DNA of 64,000 nucleotides from Malacoraja senta (lineage: Eukaryota): positions 5,086,001 through 5,150,000 of the forward strand of contig CM075997.1 of NCBI GenBank assembly GCA_038087875.1, written 5' to 3'. Each line of letters begins with the position of its first letter. The first letter of the stretch is position 1. The position numbers were made by a program, and so were the translations under genes. This document shows, one piece after another, positions 39,398 to 51,099 of the stretch. Below the pieces are notes generated by a model. It made no database searches. It worked only from the letters and a program-made list of their open reading frames with translations, and was not told where the DNA came from.

Positions 39398-39780
39398 GGT
39401 ATGGGGCGAAGATGTCCTGGTCGGGTTGCTCCTGGGCCTGGCCAAGCTCGCCATCCGCGAGTCACGGTGCCAGGCGGAAGAGGGCTCTGCCCGAGCCAGC
39501 TGCCTGCCCCTTTTCCGGGGTTACATCAGTGCCCGGGTGGTACTAGAGAGGGAACCCGCGCTGTCCATGGGCGCCCTGGGAGATTTCCGGGACCGCTGGG
39601 CACCGCGGGGGGGGGGGGGGGAGTGGGGGGTGGAATGTATCTTTAATAAAGATGGGGAAATAGTAGTTTAAGAATATTAATTTGACTTGTACTATGGTGG
39701 TGTGTTTTGTTTTGAATCATTTAGTATTATACACATTATTGTAAATAGTTGAATAAATTACTTTTGGTTTAAAAAAAAGT
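39398..39780 (+). mobile_element. L1/Tx1-clade LINE 3' end with AATAAA, A-tail and 12-bp TSD (second copy 51153-51533)
   Basis: LLGLAKLAIRESR...LFRGYISARVVLE...FRDRWA; GATGAATTAGGG at 39386-39397 and 39781-39792. Confidence 0.8.
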
Positions 39781-39814
39781 GATGAATTAGGGATCACATT
39801 GTGTTTTTTACATA

Positions 39815-40326
39815 TGTCTCCTCTATATCGGTGAGACCAAGCGCAGGCTCGGCGATCGTTTCGCTGAACACCTTCGCTCGGTCCGCCTAAACCTACCTGA
39901 TCTCCCGGTTGCCGGACACTTTAACTCCCCCTCCCATTCCCACACTGACCTTTCTGTCCTGGGCCTCCTCCACTGTCAGAGTGAGGCCCAGCGCAAATTG
40001 GAGGAACAGCACCTCATATTTCGCTTGGGCAGCTTACACCCCAGCGGTATGAACATTGACTTCTCTAACTTCATGTAATCCCTGCATCCCTCCTCCGTCC
40101 CCTCCCCACCCTAGTCGTCGTGCTAGTTTCACTGTCGTCTGTTGAGTTTCACTGTATAACCAGTTATCACCTCTCCCACAGCCAACAGCGGACCATTGTG
40201 GGCTCCACATTTGCGTGATTATCATTGCTTTCTGCATACCTTCCATTAATTTCTCTTAAGTACCGTCCAAATCTCTCGTTCCACTCAATCCTTCTCTCCA
40301 GAGATGCTGCCCGTCCCGCTGAGTTA
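39815..40326 (+). mobile_element. Penelope-like element 3' fragment (GIY-YIG and terminus)
   Basis: LYIGETKRRLGDRFAEHLRSV..PDLPVAGHFNSPSHSHTDL..RKLEEQHLIFRLGSLHPSGMNIDF readable on +. Confidence 0.85.
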
Positions 40327-40327
40327 A

Positions 40328-40561
40328 AGGGCCTGTCGCACGATGCAAATTCACCCAAGAGCTCTCCCGAGTTTTAAAAAAAAATCAAACTCGTGGTAAA
40401 CTCCTACGACCTTCCATGAGTATGTTCACGAACTCCTACGAGTAAAAAGTTGTTAAAAATTTCATCACGAGTATTTTTTTATTCGTGGACAATTTTCACA
40501 GAGTTGAAAAAACTTCACGAGTAAAAAAATACTCGTGAACTCGCATCATGGGACAGGCCCT
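40328..40561. mobile_element. PIF/Harbinger-like MITE (second copy about 52081-52314)
   Basis: AGGGCCTGTCGCAC / ATGGGACAGGCCCT termini in a TAA/TTA context. Confidence 0.75.
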
Positions 40562-41769
40562 TTACTCCACCATTTTGTGTCTATCTTCGGTGTTCCTTCC
40601 TACACAGGTCCATGTCAGATCATCGACATCAACGAAGGGGAAAACCAAAGGAGATAATTTTTCTGGTGCCCTTCCCATTTTGCTAGTTTCTTGTGTCTGA
40701 AGATGATATCACTGAACCATCACTTGAGTCCCCACTCACCCGGAGGCTAAATCAATGCACCCCAAACCTTTACCCTTCCAAATGTTCTCATTGCTCCTTC
40801 TGATGAGTTCTGTGTGGGGTCTCTGGGCACAGTACCACAACTCGTAGTGACCTGGGTTCGATCCTGACCTTGGCTGCTGTCTGCGTGGAGTTTGCACGTT
40901 CTTCCTATGAACGCGCGGGTTTCCTCCGGGTGCTCCGGTTTCCTCCCACATCCCAAATACGTGTGGGTTTTCAGGCTTATCGGCCCTCTGTAAATTGACC
41001 CTAGTGTGTTGGGAATGGATGAGTCTGGGAGCAGCTGAGGGGAATGTGGGGAGTATAAGATGGAAGTAGTATTTGGATGAAGTTTAGCGTTGACTTGTTG
41101 GGCCGAAGGTCCTGTTTCTGAGATTGAGTTCAGTTTATTGTCACATGTACCGAGGTGCTTTTGTTGTGTGCTAACCAGTCAGTGGAAAGACCATACATGA
41201 TTATAATCGAGCCATTCACAGTGTACAGATACAAGATAAAGGGAATAACGTTTAGTGCAAGGTAAAGCCAGTAAAGTCCGATCAAAGATAGTCTGAGGGT
41301 CTCCAATGTAGATAATAAACAATAGACAATAGGTGCAGGAGTAGGCCCTCGGCCCTTCGAGCCAGCACCGCCATTCACTGTGATCGTGGCTGATCATCCC
41401 CAATCAGTACCCCGTTCCTGCCTTCTCCCCATATCCCCTGACTCCGCTATCTTTAAGTGCTCTATCTCTCACTTGAAAGCATCCAGAGAACCTGCCTCCA
41501 CCGCCCTCTGAGGCAGAGAATTCCACAGATTCACAACTCTCTGTGTGAAAATGTTTTTGTGTGAAATAGTTCAGTGTGCAGGAAGGAACTGCAGATGTTG
41601 GTTTAAACCAAAGCTAGACACAAAATGCTGGAATTACTCCGTGCAGCATCTCTGGAGAGAAGGAATGGGTGATGTTTTGGGTTGAGACCCTTTTTCAGGC
41701 AGTTCAGTTCAGTTTAGTTTATTGTCACGTGTACCGAGGTACAGTGAAAAACTTGTGTTGGCAGGAACA

Positions 41770-42573
41770 GCCGAGTGGTGGCAGCCTCGCCAGCAGCTAT
41801 CTGTCCTTTCATCCTTTTGTTATTTTTAGTCTGTCTAAAAGTTTGTTTTTGGAGGTCTTTTAGTCTTTTTTATATGGGGGGAGGAGGAAACCGTTTTTTC
41901 CAGTCCCTACCTGGTCGAAGATGCGTCTTTCCTCCGAGCCGCATGCTCGCCCCCTCCTCGCGGCCTACCACCTGGATTGGCGCGGCCTTTCTTGCCGGAG
42001 ACCGGCCAGAGCTTCAGCAGCGGCGGCGCAGCACTGGATTATCATCGCGGAGCGGGCGATGCCTTACCCGGGTCGCCGTGTGGAGCTAGGACTGACGACT
42101 TCAACATCGTGGAGCTGTGGTCTGCGCAGCTTCCAGCCGCGGGCGGCGCTGACTCTAACATCGCAGAGCCTGGGATCTTTCGCCGAGGATCACCAGCGTT
42201 GAATCTCCGCCCAGCGCGGCCTGTGGACTTCGGGAGCGTAGGAAACGGACGTTTCGGAAACTCCAAGCCGCTGAGAGTGTTCTTCCGACGCCGGAGTTCC
42301 GATCATCCCGGCGAGAGGGCCTGAAACATCGGGCCGTCCGTAGCGGCGACTGTGGAGGCCTCAATAGGCCCCGACCACGGGTGAACAAGAGGAAGTGGAC
42401 TGGACTTTGCTGCCTTCCCTCACAGTGGGAAACGTTGATCCTGCTGTGGGGGGATGTTTTTATGTTTCATGTTAAATTCTATAGTGTTGTGTTTATTTTA
42501 TTTGTGTGCTGCATGGCAACTCAAATGTCACTGCACCAATTGGTGTAGGTGACAATAAATGTCCTTTGTCCTT
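41770..42573 (+). mobile_element. Unclassified GC-rich interspersed repeat with an AATAAA(TGTCCTT)n tail
   Basis: Its 3' half recurs inverted at about 2568-2644 plus 3686-4030. Confidence 0.65.
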
Positions 42574-42974
42574 TGGTCTCTATGCGATGTGAATCTATAG
42601 CTCCATGGCATCTATTCAATGACAATCAATGATTCTTTATTGTCACCTGTACCTTGGGACAGTGAAACACTTTGTTTTTGCATAGAATCCGGTAAAATCA
42701 CACAGCAAACTAGGCAGTAGACATAGAGTAGCCACGTTTATAGTGCCAACTACAGACCCCCCCCCCCCCCTCCTCACCTGGGACAAGGTGCGCAGGACGG
42801 CACATAGTTTGTTTAGTTTAGTTTAGTTTTTATTGAGTTTAGTTTAATTTAGCTTCCCCTGACTCACTCTGAAGAAGGGTCTCGACCCTAGGCGTCACCT
42901 ATTCCATTTTCTCCAGAGATGCCGCCTGACCCGCTGAGTTACTCCAGCAGTTTGTGTTTATCTAGTGCAGGGGT

Positions 42975-43735
42975 GACTGTGTTTGTGTAAGTGTATCTGT
43001 GTCTGTGTGTCAGTGTGTGTGTTAGTTTGTGTGCTAATGTGCACATGTTTGTGAGTGTGTGCCGGTGTTTGTGTCTGTGTGCGTGCGTGAGTGCGAGTGT
43101 ATGTGTGTGTGTGAGTGTGTGTGTGAGTGTGTGCTGGTGTTTGTGTCAGCGTGTGTGTGTGTGTGCGAGTGTATATATGACTGTGTGAGTGTGAGTGTGT
43201 ATGTGAGTGTTTGTGTGTATGTGTGTGAGTGTGTGAGTGAGTGAGTGAGTGAGCGTGTGTGCGTGTGTGTGTGTGTGTGTCTGTGTGTGAGTGAGTGTGT
43301 GTGTGTCTGCATGAGTGAGCGTGAGTGTGTGTGCGAGGGTGTGAGTGTGCGTGTGTGTGCATGTGTGTGTGTGTGTGTCTGTGTGTGAGTGAGTATGTCT
43401 GTGTGAGTGTTTGTGCACGTGTGTGAGTGTGCGCATGTGAGTGTGTGTGTGAGTGTGTGTGTATGAGTGTGTGTGCGTGTGTGAGTGTGTGTGTGCATGT
43501 GTGTGTGTAAGTGTGTATGTGCTTGTGTGTGTGAGTGTGTGTGTGTGAGTGAGTGTGTGCACGCATGTGTGTGAGTGTGTGTGCAACGTGTGAGTGAGTG
43601 TGAGTGTGTGTGAGTGAGTGTGTGTGTGAGTGTGTCAGTGTGTGTGTGTGCCTGTGTGTGTGTGTGTGTGAGTGAGTGTGTGTGTGAGTGTGTCAGTGTG
43701 TGTGTGTCAGTGTGTGTGTGTGCCTGTGTGTGTGA
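42975..43735. repeat. (GT/GA) compound microsatellite (copy 2 about 54745-55557)
   Basis: Directly visible. Confidence 0.95.
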
Positions 43736-43792
43736 ATGTTCCACCACTCTGTGCCACCAGCTCTATGACGTGTGTGTATTCTGTGCCCACAG

Positions 43793-43894
43793 ACGGTGCC
43801 ACCATGTAAGCCGCCGGTGGTTGTGGAGTGGGCATCAGTTGCCCCCAAGCTCAACGCCATCACCATCAGCAAGCATGTCCGCCAGCTGGTCGAT
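43793..43894 (+). CDS. RASGRP4: RASGRP exon ([34 protein letters not shown]), copy 1
   Basis: 102 nt, cacAG acceptor, GTGAGT donor. Confidence 0.9.
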
Positions 43895-44195
43895 GTGAGT
43901 ATGTGGGGTCTGGCGGGGTTCACCAGGGGCACCACGGATTCACCCTGGGGTTTGCCAGGGTTCACCAGGGGCACTGCCAGGGTTCACCGGGCTATGGCAC
44001 ACAGTAGGATAGGTGAGCACTGCCAGGGTTCATCAACCGGTTCACCGTGGGCACTGCCGAGGCTCACCTTGGGCACTGCAGTTCACCATGGGCACCGCCA
44101 GGGTTCACTAGGGGCAATGGCACATGGGAGGGTGTGTGGGCATCACCAGTGCATGTGGGTGCCACAGGGGTATGTGGGGACTGTAGGGGTATGTG

Positions 44196-45300
44196 GGACC
44201 ACCAGTGTGTGTGAGATCACTAGTGTGTGTGTGTGTGTGTGAGACCACCAGTGTGTGTGTGTGAGACCACTAGTGTGTGTGTGTGTGTGTGTGAGACCAC
44301 CAGTGTGTGTGTGTGAGACCACTAGTGTGTGTGTGTGTGATCACTAGTGTGTGTGTGTGAGACCACTAGTGTGTGTGCGTGAGACCACTAGTGTGTGTGT
44401 GTGTGTGTGTGTGAGACCACTAGTGTGTGTGTGTGTGTGTGTGAGACCACTAGTGTGTGTGTGTGTGTGTGTGAGACCACTAGTGTGTGTGTGAGACCAC
44501 TAGTGTGTGTGTGAGACCACTAGTGTGTGTGCGTGAGACCACTAGTGTGTGTGTGTGTGTGTGTGAGACCACTAGTGTGTGTGTGTGTGTGTGTGAGACC
44601 ACTAGTGTGTGTGTGAGACCACTAGTGTGTGCGTGGGACCACTAGTGTGTGTGTGTGGGACCACTAGTGTGTGTGTGGGACCACTAGTGTGTGTGTGGGA
44701 CCACTAGTGTTTGTGTGGGGCCACTAGTGTGTGTGTGTGTGTGTGTGAGACCACTAGTGTGTGTGTGAGACCACTAGTGTGTGTGTGAGACCACTAGTGT
44801 GTGCGTGGGACCACTAGTGTGTGTGTGGGGCCACTAGTGTGTGTGTGTGTGACCACTAGTGTGTATGTGTGTGTGATACCACTAGTGTGTGTGTGGGACC
44901 ACTAGTGTGTGTGTGGGACCACTAGTGTGTGTGTGAGACCACTAGTGTGTGTGTGTGTGTGACTGCTAGTGTGTGTGTGTGAGACCATTAGTGTGTGTGT
45001 GTGTGAGACCACTAGTGTGTGTGTGAGACCACTAGTGTGTGTGTGTGAGACCATTAGTGTGTGTGTGTGAGACCACTAGTGTGTGTGTGTGTGAGACCAC
45101 TAGTGTGTGTGTGTGTGTGAGACTAGTGTGTGTGTGTGAGACCACTAGTGTGTGTGTGATACCACCAGTGTGTGTGAGATCACTAGTGTGTGTGTATGAG
45201 ACCACTAGTGTGTGTGTGTGAGACCACTAGTGTGTGTGTGATACCACCAGTGTGTGTGAGATCACTAGTGTGTGTGTATGAGACCACTAGTGTGTGTGTG
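44196..45300. repeat. Minisatellite GAGACCACTAGT(GT)n (shorter in copy 2, about 56072-56372)
   Basis: Directly visible. Confidence 0.95.
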
Positions 45301-45547
45301 GCTCATGTCAGGACCATGTCGGTATGAAATCAATATTCATACTGAAGATAGACACAAATCTCGACCCGAAACGTCACCTATTCCTTCGCTCCATAGATGC
45401 TGCCTCACCCGCTGAGTTTCTCCAGCATTTTTGTCTACCTTCGATTTTTCCAGCATCTGCAGTTCTTTCTTAGACACAAATAGCTGGAGTAACTCAGCGG
45501 GACAGGCAGCAGTACGTTCTGACATGTTTTTCTGTCTCACCTTGCAG

Positions 45548-45657
45548 TCGGTATTTAAAAACTACGACCACGACCAGGATGGTTACATCTCCCAAGAAGA
45601 GTTTGAGAAAATCGCTGCTAGTTTCCCGTTCTCAGTCTTGATCGTCGATAAAGATCG
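45548..45657 (+). CDS. RASGRP4: RASGRP exon, EF-hand ([37 protein letters not shown]), copy 1
   Basis: 110 nt, ttgcAG acceptor, GTAAGT donor. Confidence 0.93.
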
Positions 45658-46496
45658 GTAAGTGTGGACTACTCGTTCACTTTGCACATCCTCACGCCCT
45701 CCTGGGAAGTCCATGCGATCCTGTCTGTGTATCATTGGCCTCATTTACAGCGGCTCCTTGGACTGTTCACCGTGGTGTTTTGGGTTGGGGGGGTTTTAAC
45801 CAAAAATAATATATTCACTATGTACTATAATATGCACAATACTAAATTATTCCAGACAAACCACAATACAAGCAAGAGAAATATTCTCAAATTACTATTC
45901 GCCCTTCGTTACTGAGGTACACCCCACACCGTTCACCGTGCTGTTGGGGGTGATGGTTTCGAGGGCGGCACGCTGGCGCAACGGTAGAGTTGCTGCCTCA
46001 CAGCGCCAGAGACCCAGGTTCCATCCTGACTATGGGTGCTGTCTGTACGGAGTTTGCACGTTCTCCCCGTGACCTGCGCGGGTTTTCTCCGTGATCTCGT
46101 TTCCTCCCACACTCAAAGACGTACAGGTTTGAAGGTTAATTGGCTTGGTATAAGTGTAAATTGTCCCTAGAATGAATGAATGAATAAGTTTATTGGCCAA
46201 GTATTCACATACAAGGAATTTGCCTTGGTGCTCCACCCGCAAGTGACAACATGACATATAGTGACAGTTAGGAATGATACATAAAACATTAAACATTAAT
46301 AGTGTGTGTGGGATAGTGTTGGTGTGCGGGGATTGCTGGTCGGCGCGGACTCGGTGGGCCGAAGGGCCTGTTTCTGCGCTGTATCTCTGAACTAAACTAC
46401 ACTAACGACAGGGGGAGCTGGCCGTGTTGGTTCGGGGGTCGCGTTGTCTGCCGTTGTGTCGCTGGTCCAGTGAACCTGGTTGTGTTGTTGTTGCAG

Positions 46497-46643
46497 CAAG
46501 GATCTGATTAGCCGGGAGGAGATCACGGCCTACTTCCTACGGGGCAAGCCGCATCGGCTCCAAAGCTGACCCTGGGCTTCCTGCACAACTTCCAGGAGAA
46601 CACCTACAAGAGGCCGACCTTCTGTGACAACTGCACCGGATTC
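46497..46643 (+). pseudogene. RASGRP4: RASGRP EF2/C1 exon, copy 1, frameshifted by two extra A bases (probably consensus errors)
   Basis: 147 nt versus 145 nt in copy 2: ggggcAAgcc (46546-46547) and ccAAAgct (46562-46564). Confidence 0.85.
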
Positions 46644-47107
46644 GTAAGGCGCCCGAGAGCGTTACGTTAGGTGTAGACTGACACAAAACGCTGGAGAACT
46701 CAACGGGGCAGGCAGGATCTGTGGAGAGAAGGAACGGGTGACGTTTCGGGTCGAGACCCTTCTTCAGACCGAGAGTCAGGGGAAAGGGAAACGAGAGATA
46801 TAGACGGTGATGGAGAGAGATATAGAACAAATGAATGAAAGATATGCAAAAAAGTAACGATGATAAAGGCCGAGGCAGCGTGTGGTATAAATGGAGTCAA
46901 TGGAAGGAGGTTGGTTCGTGTGATGGTCTGGGCTGCGTCCACTATACGCTTCTATGTTTCAAATGCCAACCATTGATCTTCCATCTTGTTCTCAAACGAC
47001 GGTTTTCTGTGTGTAATAATACGGGCATTGTGGTACTGTGATGTTTGTGAGAGGTTCTTTGGTTACTTTCGGTCTAATAGTAAATCTTCTCTCTTTCCCT
47101 TTGGCAG

Positions 47108-47144
47108 CTCTGGGGTGTCATTAAGCAAGGATACAGATGCCAAG
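47108..47144 (+). CDS. RASGRP4: RASGRP 37-nt C1 exon (LWGVIKQGYRCQ), copy 1
   Basis: ggcAG acceptor, GTAAGG donor, phase 0-1. Confidence 0.9.
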
Positions 47145-48483
47145 GTAAGGAACGCCTCAGCGGTGTGGTTTATCAGTGGCTCTGTCGTGTGTGGTTGTGT
47201 GTACGGGTACATTGCTGCCCCCTTTACCCGCGGCTGTGCCCGTGCCCCATGTGGGTGTTTTACCCAGAGAGTCTCGTGCCTGGCATGGTGTTGAATCACG
47301 CAGGAATGGAGACTCCACTGGGCTCCTGGTCAATGGTCCAATGATGCTTTATTTGTGATAAGGAATAGGAGCAGAATTAGGCCATTCGGCCCATTAGGTC
47401 TACTCCGCCATTCAATCTATCTTTCCCTCTCAACCCCATTCTCCTGCTTTCTCCCCATAACCCCTGCACTAATCAAGATTTCCGACTCAAAATTTTCATT
47501 GACAATGGCCTCCACTTTGAGTGTCCATCTTCAGTTTAAACCGAAGTTCCTTTCCTATACATACTCACTTCTGGTCAGCCCATTACAGGAAGGATGTGGA
47601 GGCTTTGGAGAGGGTGCGGAGGAGGTCCACAAAAATGGTGGCGCCCACCTGTGTGATAATAATTGAATTGTGCAGTTGCATATGTGTCAAGAAGGACTTG
47701 GGACAGGTTGGGAGAGTGGGCAGAGAAGTGGCAGATGGAATACAGTGCAGCAAAGTGTGGAGTCGTGCATTTTGGTCGTAGGAATAAGGGTGTAGACTAT
47801 TTTCTAAATAGAGAGAGAATCCAGAAATCAGAGGTGCAAAGGGACTTGGGATCACTGGTGCAGGATTCCCAAAAACTTTATCTGCAAGTCGAATCGGTAG
47901 TAAAGAAAGCAAACTCAATGCAGGCATTTATTTCCAGAGAGCTTGTGTACAAAAACAGGGATGTAATGCTGAGGCTCTATAAGGCGTGGGTCAGGCCACA
48001 TCTGGAATATTGTGAGCAATTTTGGGCACCGTATCTGAGGAAGGATGTGCCGGCTCTGGAGAGGGTCCAGAGGAGAATGATCCCAGGAATGAGTGGGTTA
48101 ACCTATGATGAGCGTTTGTCGGCACTGGGCCTGTACTCGCTGGAGTTTAGAAGAATGCAGGGGGGACCTCATTGAAACCTACCGAATAGTGAAAGGCCTG
48201 GATAGAGTGGATGTGGAGAGGATGTTTCCCACTGGTGGGAGAGTCTAGGACTAGAGGACATTGCCTCAGAATTAAAGGACGTTATTTTAGGAGGAGATGA
48301 GGAGAAATGTATTTAGTCAGAAGGTGGTGAATCTGTGGAATTCTTTGCCACAGAAGGCCGTGGAGGCCAAGTCAGTGTCTATCTTTAAGGCAGAGATAGA
48401 TAGATTCTTGATTAGTACGGGTGTCAGGGGTTATGGGGAGAAGGCAGGAGAATGGGTCAGGAGGGAGAGATAGATCAGCCATG

Positions 48484-48683
48484 NNNNNNNNNNNNNNNNN
48501 NNNNNNNNNNNNNNNNNNNNNNNNNNNNNNNNNNNNNNNNNNNNNNNNNNNNNNNNNNNNNNNNNNNNNNNNNNNNNNNNNNNNNNNNNNNNNNNNNNNN
48601 NNNNNNNNNNNNNNNNNNNNNNNNNNNNNNNNNNNNNNNNNNNNNNNNNNNNNNNNNNNNNNNNNNNNNNNNNNNNNNNNNNN
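48484..48683. other. Assembly gap (200 N)
   Basis: Run of exactly 200 N. Confidence 1.
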
Positions 48684-48861
48684 GGGCGTTCACCTGAAGG
48701 ACCTGGTGTCGCTGAACGAGGCACTGCCAGACTACCTGGAGGCCAACAAGATCAACCTGAGCAAACTGCAGCAGCTGTACAGCCGCATCTCTGAGCTGAC
48801 TCGCATCCAAGACTGCACTCCGCCCTTCGAGGCCAACAAGGACCTGGTGCATCTGCTGACG
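48684..48861 (+). CDS. RASGRP4: Partial second copy of the 276-nt GEF exon (GVHLKDL...LVHLLT), cut by the gap
   Basis: Matches 36937-37114; GTGAGT donor. Confidence 0.9.
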
Positions 48862-51018
48862 GTGAGTCCTCCCATCCACTGTGGGGCAGGCATCGGACCA
48901 CGGACGGCACGGTGGCGCAGCGATAGAGTTGCTGCCTCACAGCAATAGACAATAGGCAATAGGTGCAGGAGTAGGCCCTTCGGCCCTTCGAGCCAGCACC
49001 GCCATTCATATGATCAGTAGGTTAATTGGCCTACTCCTGCACCGATTGTCTATTGTCAATGTGATCATGGCTGATCATCCACAATCAGTACCCCGTTCCA
49101 GCCTTCTCCCACATCCCCTGACTCCGCTATCTTTAAGAGCCCTGTCTAGTTCTCTCTTGAAAGCATCCAGAGAATTGGCCTCCACCGCCCTCTGAGGCAG
49201 AGAATTCCACAGACTCACAACTCTCTGTGTGAAAAAGTATTTCCTCATCTCCGTTCTAAATGGCTTTCCCCTTATTCTTAAACTGTGGCCCCTGGTTCTG
49301 GACTCCCCCAACATCGGGAACATGTTTCCTGCCTCTAACGTGTCCAAACTCTTAATAATCTTATATGTTTCAATAAGAAACCCTCTCATCCTTCCAAATT
49401 CCAGAGTGTACAAGCCCAGCCGCTCCATTCTATCAACATATGACAGTCCCGCCATCCCGGGAATTAACCTGGTGAACCTACGCTGCACTCCCTCAATAGC
49501 AAGAATGTCCTTCCTCAAATTTGGAGACCAAAACTGCACACAATACTCCAGGTGTGGTCTCACTAGGGCCCTGTACAACTGGCGCCAGAGACCCGGGTTC
49601 AATCCTGACCCCACTGACCAAGGGCAACCCCAACCTCAGTCTGCAGAAGGGTCTCGACCCGAAACGTCACCAATTCCTTCTCTCCAGAGACGCTGCCTGT
49701 CCCGCTGAGTTACTCCAGCACTTTGTAACTATCTTCAGTCCCAACTAACACAAGTCAGGGAAAAATTACAGTCTCTGTATCATCAGGTTCTCGGGGTGGA
49801 ATCCTCCAAAGAGTGCAGGTTTGTAGGTTAATTGGCTTCGGTAAAGAAAATGGTAATTGTTAAAAAGGATTGTGTTAGTGTGCAGGGATCGCTGGTCGCA
49901 CGGACTCAGTGGGCCGAAGGGCCTGTTTCCGCGCTGTATCGTTGAACGAAAAAGCCGTGCTCTCCCTTCTGAAGGAGACTTTGCAAACAATGTGCTAAAT
50001 CGGGGGGGTGGGGGGAGAAAAAAATGGGTGGCACGGTGGAGCAGCGGTAGAGTTCCTGCCTCACAGCGCCAGAGACCCAAGTTCGATCCTGACTACGGGT
50101 GCTGTCTGTACGGAGTTTGTACATTCACCTGCGTGGGTTTTCTCCGAGATCTTCGGTTTCCTCCCACACTCCAAAGACCTACAGGTTTGTAGGTTAATTG
50201 GCTTGGTAAAAATTGTTTGTTCCTAGTGTGTGTAGGATAGTGTTAGTGTGCAGGGATCGCTGGTCGCACGGACTTAGTGGGCCGAAGGGCCTGTTTCCGC
50301 GCTGTATCTCCAAACTAAAATAAACTAAACCAACACAAATCAGGTAAAGATTAGAGTGTGCCTTTATCAGATGGTTCCCCGGTTCGATCCTGACCTCAGG
50401 TGCTGTCTATGTGGAGTTTGCACATTCTCCCTGTGACCGCGTGGGTTTCCTCCGGGTGCTCTGGTTTTCTCCCACATTAAGGGTGGCACAGTGGCGCAGC
50501 GCATAGGGCTGCTGCCTCAGAGCTCCAGAGGCCCAGGTTTGCCACGCTGCCACCGACTGTTCAGCATTTAGATTAGTTTGGAGAAACAGCACGGAAACAG
50601 GCCCTTCGGCCCACCGACTCCGCGCCGACCAGCGATCCCCGCACACTAACACTATCCAACACACACTAGGGACGATTTTAAAACAAATATTTACACCAAG
50701 CCAATTAACCCACAAACCTGCACATCTTTGGAGTGTGGGGGGAAACCGAAGATCTCGGAGGAAACCCATGTGGGTCACGGGAGAAGGTACAGACAAGCAC
50801 CCGGAGTCAGGATCGAACCCGGGTCTCTGGCGCTGTGAGGCAGCCGCTCTTCTCGCTGGTGGCCGTGTCTTGTACAGGCTGAGTGTGATGGAGCAAGTTC
50901 ACGGCTACCCCTCGCTGTAGACCGCCCTGCGTCCGGAGTGCGCTGGGCTCCACGCCCCCCCGGCCCCGCGCCCCGCTCCCTGGCCTTCCCGCTAATTGCC
51001 CTGTCCCGTTTCTCCCAG

Positions 51019-51099
51019 CTTTCGCTCGACCTCTACTACACCGAGGATGAGATCTACGAGCTGTCCTACACGAGGGAGCCCAAGACTCATCGAACGGTG
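51019..51099 (+). CDS. RASGRP4: RASGRP 81-nt exon, copy 2
   Basis: Same translation and splice sites as 39264-39344. Confidence 0.92.

Larger units (their letters stand above)
36937..48483 (+). repeat. Duplicated block, copy 1 (left of gap)
   Basis: Collinear and near-identical to 48684-59680; both start GGGCGTTCACCTGAAGG and end GATCAGCCATG. Confidence 0.95.

Noticed and set aside
44196..45300. Repeat-spacer appearance resembling a CRISPR array
   Set aside because: The spacers are just (GT)n, the context is a vertebrate intron, and there are no cas genes.
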